From contig DAIOVT010000001.1 of NCBI GenBank assembly GCA_036758885.1, positions 1 through 39,723 of the forward strand: a stretch of DNA of 39,723 nt, in the 5' to 3' direction. Below, piece after piece: positions 36,371-39,723 of this stretch. The translations under genes were made by a program, and so were the position numbers. How positions within the stretch are numbered: position 1 is the first letter of the stretch; each line of letters starts with the position of its first letter. Origin of the DNA: Kineosporiaceae bacterium. GTDB taxonomy: Bacteria > Actinomycetota > Actinomycetes > Actinomycetales > Kineosporiaceae. The notes below the pieces were generated by a model. That model had not been told where the DNA came from, did not search any database, and was given only the letters and a program-made list of their open reading frames with translations.

Positions 36371-37966
36371 ATGTCCGCTCAACCCTGCGTCGTCTGCACC
36401 GATCTCCGGTTCGCCTGGCCCGACGGGGCGATGGTCGTCGATCACCTCAGCACCACGTTCGGCGGCGGCCGCAACGGCCTGGTCGGGGTCAACGGCTCGG
36501 GCAAGTCGACCCTGCTCCGGCTGATCGCCGGTGAACTGGCTCCGAGCGCCGGCAGCGTCACGGTCCGTGGCTCGCTGGGGTTCCTGCATCAGGACGCCGC
36601 GCTCGAAGCGTCCCTGCGGGTGGACGAGGCGCTCGGCATCGCGCAGATCCGGACGGCGCTGCGGGCCGTCGAGGCGGGCGAGAGCGCCGAACAGCTCTTC
36701 GCGGCGATCGGCGACGACTGGGACGTCGAGGAACGGGCCCGCGCGACGCTCGACCGTCTGGGTCTGGACGGCGTCGGCCTGGACCGCCGGATCGGGCAGC
36801 TCTCCGGCGGCCAGGCGGTACTGCTGCAACTCGCCGCGCAACTGCTCCGATCCCCCGACGTGCTGCTGCTGGACGAACCGACCAACAACCTCGACCTGGC
36901 AGCCCGGGCCCGGTTGTACCAGGCCGTCGACGACTGGCGCGGCAGCCTCGTCGTCGTCTCGCACGACCGCGGCCTGTTGCGGCGGATGGATCAGATCGGC
37001 GACCTGCGCTCGGGTGAGATCCGTTGGTACGGAGGCGATTGGGACGACTACGTGGCCGCGGTGGCCGCTGAGCAGGAGGGTGCGGAGCGCGAGGTGCGCA
37101 ACGCCGCTGCGGATCTGCGCCGGCAGCGCCGGGAACAGGCCGAGGCGCAGACCCGCATCGAACGCCGGGCCCGGCAGGGGCAGAAGGTGCAGGACAGCGG
37201 CAGTCTGCCGAAGATCCTTGCCGGACGCCGGAAACGGGGCGCGCAGGTCTCGGCCGGCAAGGAACGCACCCTGCATCAGGCCAGGGTCGAGGCGGCACGG
37301 GAACGCCTGGACGAACGCGAGACGCAACTGCGCGAGGACCGAGAGATCCGGATCGATCTGCCGGACACCACTGTCCCCGCCGGCCGCACCGTACTGTCGC
37401 TCGAGGGTCTGCGCACCCGCTACGACGAGGCGATCGACCGGGCACCGCTCGACCTGGAACTGCGTGGCCCGGAACGGGTCTGCCTCGCCGGGCCGAACAG
37501 CTCGGGCAAGTCGACCCTGCTGGAGACGATCGCCGGCCGGCTGCCCGCTTCGGCCGGACGCGTCCGGGCGCAGGTACCGCTGCGGTATCTGCCGCAACGG
37601 CTCGACGTGCTCGACCCGCGCTCGAGCGTCGTCCAGAACGTCGCCGCCTTCGCACCCGACGCCACCGCGAACGAGGTCCGGGCCCGGCTGGCCCGCTTCC
37701 TCTTCCGTGGCCGGCGCGCCGACCAGCTGGTCGAAACCCTCTCCGGGGGAGAGCGTTTCCGCGCCACCCTGGCCGCGCTGCTGCTGGCCGAACCCGCGCC
37801 GCAGCTGCTGTTGCTCGACGAGCCGACGAACAACCTCGACCTGGCCGGCGTAGCCGAACTGGTCTCGGCGCTGACCGCCTACCGCGGCGCCCTGGTCGTG
37901 GCCAGCCACGACCCGGAGTTCCTCGCCGGGATCGGGATCACCCGGCAGCTGGATCTCTCGGGTTAG
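36371..37966 (+). CDS. ABC-F family ATPase (two NBDs, no TMD; translation factor / possible ribosome-protection type)
   Basis: It has two Walker A motifs (GVNGSGKST, GPNSSGKST), two LSGG signatures, two LLLDEPTNNLD motifs and a basic interdomain linker of about 90 aa. A GGGAG SD precedes ATG 36371. Confidence 0.85.
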   Translation: MSAQPCVVCTDLRFAWPDGAMVVDHLSTTFGGGRNGLVGVNGSGKSTLLRLIAGELAPSAGSVTVRGSLGFLHQDAALEASLRVDEALGIAQIRTALRAVEAGESAEQLFAAIGDDWDVEERARATLDRLGLDGVGLDRRIGQLSGGQAVLLQLAAQLLRSPDVLLLDEPTNNLDLAARARLYQAVDDWRGSLVVVSHDRGLLRRMDQIGDLRSGEIRWYGGDWDDYVAAVAAEQEGAEREVRNAAADLRRQRREQAEAQTRIERRARQGQKVQDSGSLPKILAGRRKRGAQVSAGKERTLHQARVEAARERLDERETQLREDREIRIDLPDTTVPAGRTVLSLEGLRTRYDEAIDRAPLDLELRGPERVCLAGPNSSGKSTLLETIAGRLPASAGRVRAQVPLRYLPQRLDVLDPRSSVVQNVAAFAPDATANEVRARLARFLFRGRRADQLVETLSGGERFRATLAALLLAEPAPQLLLLDEPTNNLDLAGVAELVSALTAYRGALVVASHDPEFLAGIGITRQLDLSG

Positions 37967-39003
37967 ACGGCGGTCAGCTCGCGGGCCGTGGCCAGGAACA
38001 GGTCGACCTGCTCGGCGGTGGTGTCCCAGGAGGCGAGCAACCGGATCTCACCGATGCTCTCGTCCCAGACGTAGAACGGCGAGACCTGTTGCAGCGGTTC
38101 GATGATCTCGGCCGGGACGACGGCGAAGACGTGGTTCGCCTGGCGGGCCTGGGTGATCTTGAACCCGGGCAGTTCAGCCAGTCCCTGGTGCAGCCTGGCC
38201 GCCATCGCGTTGGCGTTGCTCGCGTTGCGCAGCCACAGCTGATCGGTGAACAGCGCCAGGAACTGGGCGGCGAGGAAGCGTCCCTTCGAGCCCAGCTGCA
38301 TGAACTGCTTGCGCACGAAGGGGATCTGGCCGTGCAGCTCGGGGTTGAACACCACCACGGCCTCGGCCCCGAGCAACCCGTTCTTGGTGCCACCGAACGA
38401 CAGCACGTCGACACCGGCCGTCGACTCGGAGAGCGGAATCCCCAGGGCCGCAGTGGCATTGGCGATCCTGGATCCGTCGAGATGCAGGTACATGCCCAGC
38501 TCGTGGACGACCTCGGAGATCTCCCGCAACTCGGGCACGGAGTACACCGTGCCGTACTCGGTGGACTGGCTGATCGAGACCGCTCCGGGCTGGGTGGCGT
38601 GCTGGTCGCCGATCCGGACGTGGGCCGCCCGGATCAGCTCCGGGGTGAGCTTGCCCTCGGGAGTGTCCACGAGCGCGAGTTTGGCGCCGACGATGCGCTC
38701 GATCGCGCCGCACTCGTCGACGGCGATGTGCGCCGTCCGGGCACAGATCACGTGCTGCCAGGGCCGCAGCAGCAGTTGCAGCCCGACCACGTTGGCGCCG
38801 GTTCCGTTGAACACGAAGGCGATCTCGGCGTTCGCGCCGAGTTCGCCGCGCATCGCCGCGACCGCGGCCGGCGTCACCGCGTCGTCACCGTAGGGCCGGG
38901 AATGCCCCTGGTTCGCCGCCGTGATCGCGGCGAGCACCTCGGGATGCACCGGCGCGTAGTTGTCGCTGGCCAGGGAGAAGACCGGATCACTCACGACACT
39001 CAT
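37963..39003 (-). CDS. ltaE: low-specificity threonine aldolase / beta-eliminating lyase family (PLP)
   Basis: It has SDNYAPVHPEVL, NGTGANV and SFGGTKNG (PLP Lys) motifs. ATG 39003 overlaps the upstream stop (ATGA). Its stop overlaps the ABC-F stop (TTAG). Confidence 0.8.
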   Translation of the reverse strand: MSVVSDPVFSLASDNYAPVHPEVLAAITAANQGHSRPYGDDAVTPAAVAAMRGELGANAEIAFVFNGTGANVVGLQLLLRPWQHVICARTAHIAVDECGAIERIVGAKLALVDTPEGKLTPELIRAAHVRIGDQHATQPGAVSISQSTEYGTVYSVPELREISEVVHELGMYLHLDGSRIANATAALGIPLSESTAGVDVLSFGGTKNGLLGAEAVVVFNPELHGQIPFVRKQFMQLGSKGRFLAAQFLALFTDQLWLRNASNANAMAARLHQGLAELPGFKITQARQANHVFAVVPAEIIEPLQQVSPFYVWDESIGEIRLLASWDTTAEQVDLFLATARELTAV

Positions 39004-39722
39004 CCTGGCACCTTCGCCGGTGTCGGCTCGGCCACGCCACTCGAGCGCCACAGGCGCCGTCCGAGAAGGGCCACGAGCACGGCCACCGGCAGCACCATGA
39101 CGATGGCCGTGAACGATCGCACCGGCCCGCCGGCGTCCACGACGAAACCGGCGATCGCCGTGCCCGCCGCCGCACCCCCGGTGAACGCGGTGCTCAGCCA
39201 GCCCTGCGCCTCGTTCAACCGGTCGCGATCAGCATGCGCATCAACCAGATTGGCCAGCATGATCAATGCCGGGGCGATGCTCAGCCCGGTGATGAACAGG
39301 GCCGGCATCAGCACCGCCGCCGACCTGACACCGGAGTTGAGCAGCACGGTGACGATGATCGCGCCGATCAGGAACCCGGTCAGCGACACCGCCACCAGCG
39401 AGCGCTCCGGCCAGGGCAGACGTAGGGCGCCGAAGACCGTGCCGCCGATCGCGCTGCCTCCGGCGACCGCCATGAACAGCAGACCGACCAGCTTCTGATC
39501 ACCCAGCACGGTCTGCGCGGTGGCGGCCAGTGAGACGTCCAGCAGGCCGAAGGCGAGCGCGACCATCAGCGCCACGGCGATCGCCATCAGCACCCCGATC
39601 GAGCGCAGCGGCGAGCGACCCCGGTAGCTGCCGCCGTCGGCGTGCGGTTCCGGACGCCACCGGCGCGCGGCCCCGGTCAGCGAGTAGCCCGCCGCGCCCA
39701 CGGCGAGCAACGCCGAGGTGAT
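39000..39722 (-). CDS. MFS transporter, C-terminal half (5-prime end lies outside the window)
   Basis: Six hydrophobic helices, and the frame is open to the window edge. Confidence 0.7.
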   Translation of the reverse strand: MTSALLAVGAAGYSLTGAARRWRPEPHADGGSYRGRSPLRSIGVLMAIAVALMVALAFGLLDVSLAATAQTVLGDQKLVGLLFMAVAGGSAIGGTVFGALRLPWPERSLVAVSLTGFLIGAIIVTVLLNSGVRSAAVLMPALFITGLSIAPALIMLANLVDAHADRDRLNEAQGWLSTAFTGGAAAGTAIAGFVVDAGGPVRSFTAIVMVLPVAVLVALLGRRLWRSSGVAEPTPAKVPG

Positions 39723-39723
39723 C

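Noticed and set aside
36269-37909. 546-aa ORF antisense to the ABC-F gene, plus several same-region frames
   Set aside because: The Walker and signature motifs occur only in the plus-strand frame 36371-37966.

Overview
High-GC (about 70% by eye) Actinomycetota chromosomal segment, densely coding. I saw no rRNA, tRNA, transposase, integrase, cas or phage structural genes. Gene order: 3-prime end of murA, a DUF998 membrane protein, an alpha/beta hydrolase, a PEBP/YbhB protein, an APC permease, pdxY, a Cys/Cys proline-racemase-family enzyme, a secreted tripeptidyl-aminopeptidase-like hydrolase, a holin-family membrane protein and an acyltransferase. A large inositol-type catabolic supercluster then spans about 9.5-29.4 kb. 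It contains a sodium:solute symporter, iolD-iolB-aldolase-iolC, iolG, a LacI regulator, a Gfo/Idh/MocA plus TIM-barrel pair, a sugar ABC transporter, a GntR/HutC regulator and a transaldolase-iolE-dehydrogenase operon. After it come a three-gene WXG-like/EspG-like/lipase module, LMW-PTP, fructosamine kinase, furA-katG, an ABC-F ATPase, threonine aldolase and a truncated MFS gene. Three things are not explained by ordinary gene calls. (1) A 406-bp structurally palindromic array of nine copies of an invariant 15-20 nt motif lies between iolG and iolC. (2) A recurrent operator-promoter cassette (ATGTnnnnACAA-N4-TTGACn) sits in front of the iol-type operons, and it implies leaderless starts different from the ORF-track starts. 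(3) An orphan type-VII-secretion-like substrate module ends in a lipase-class hydrolase. All functional names come from my reading of the translations. No database search was run.
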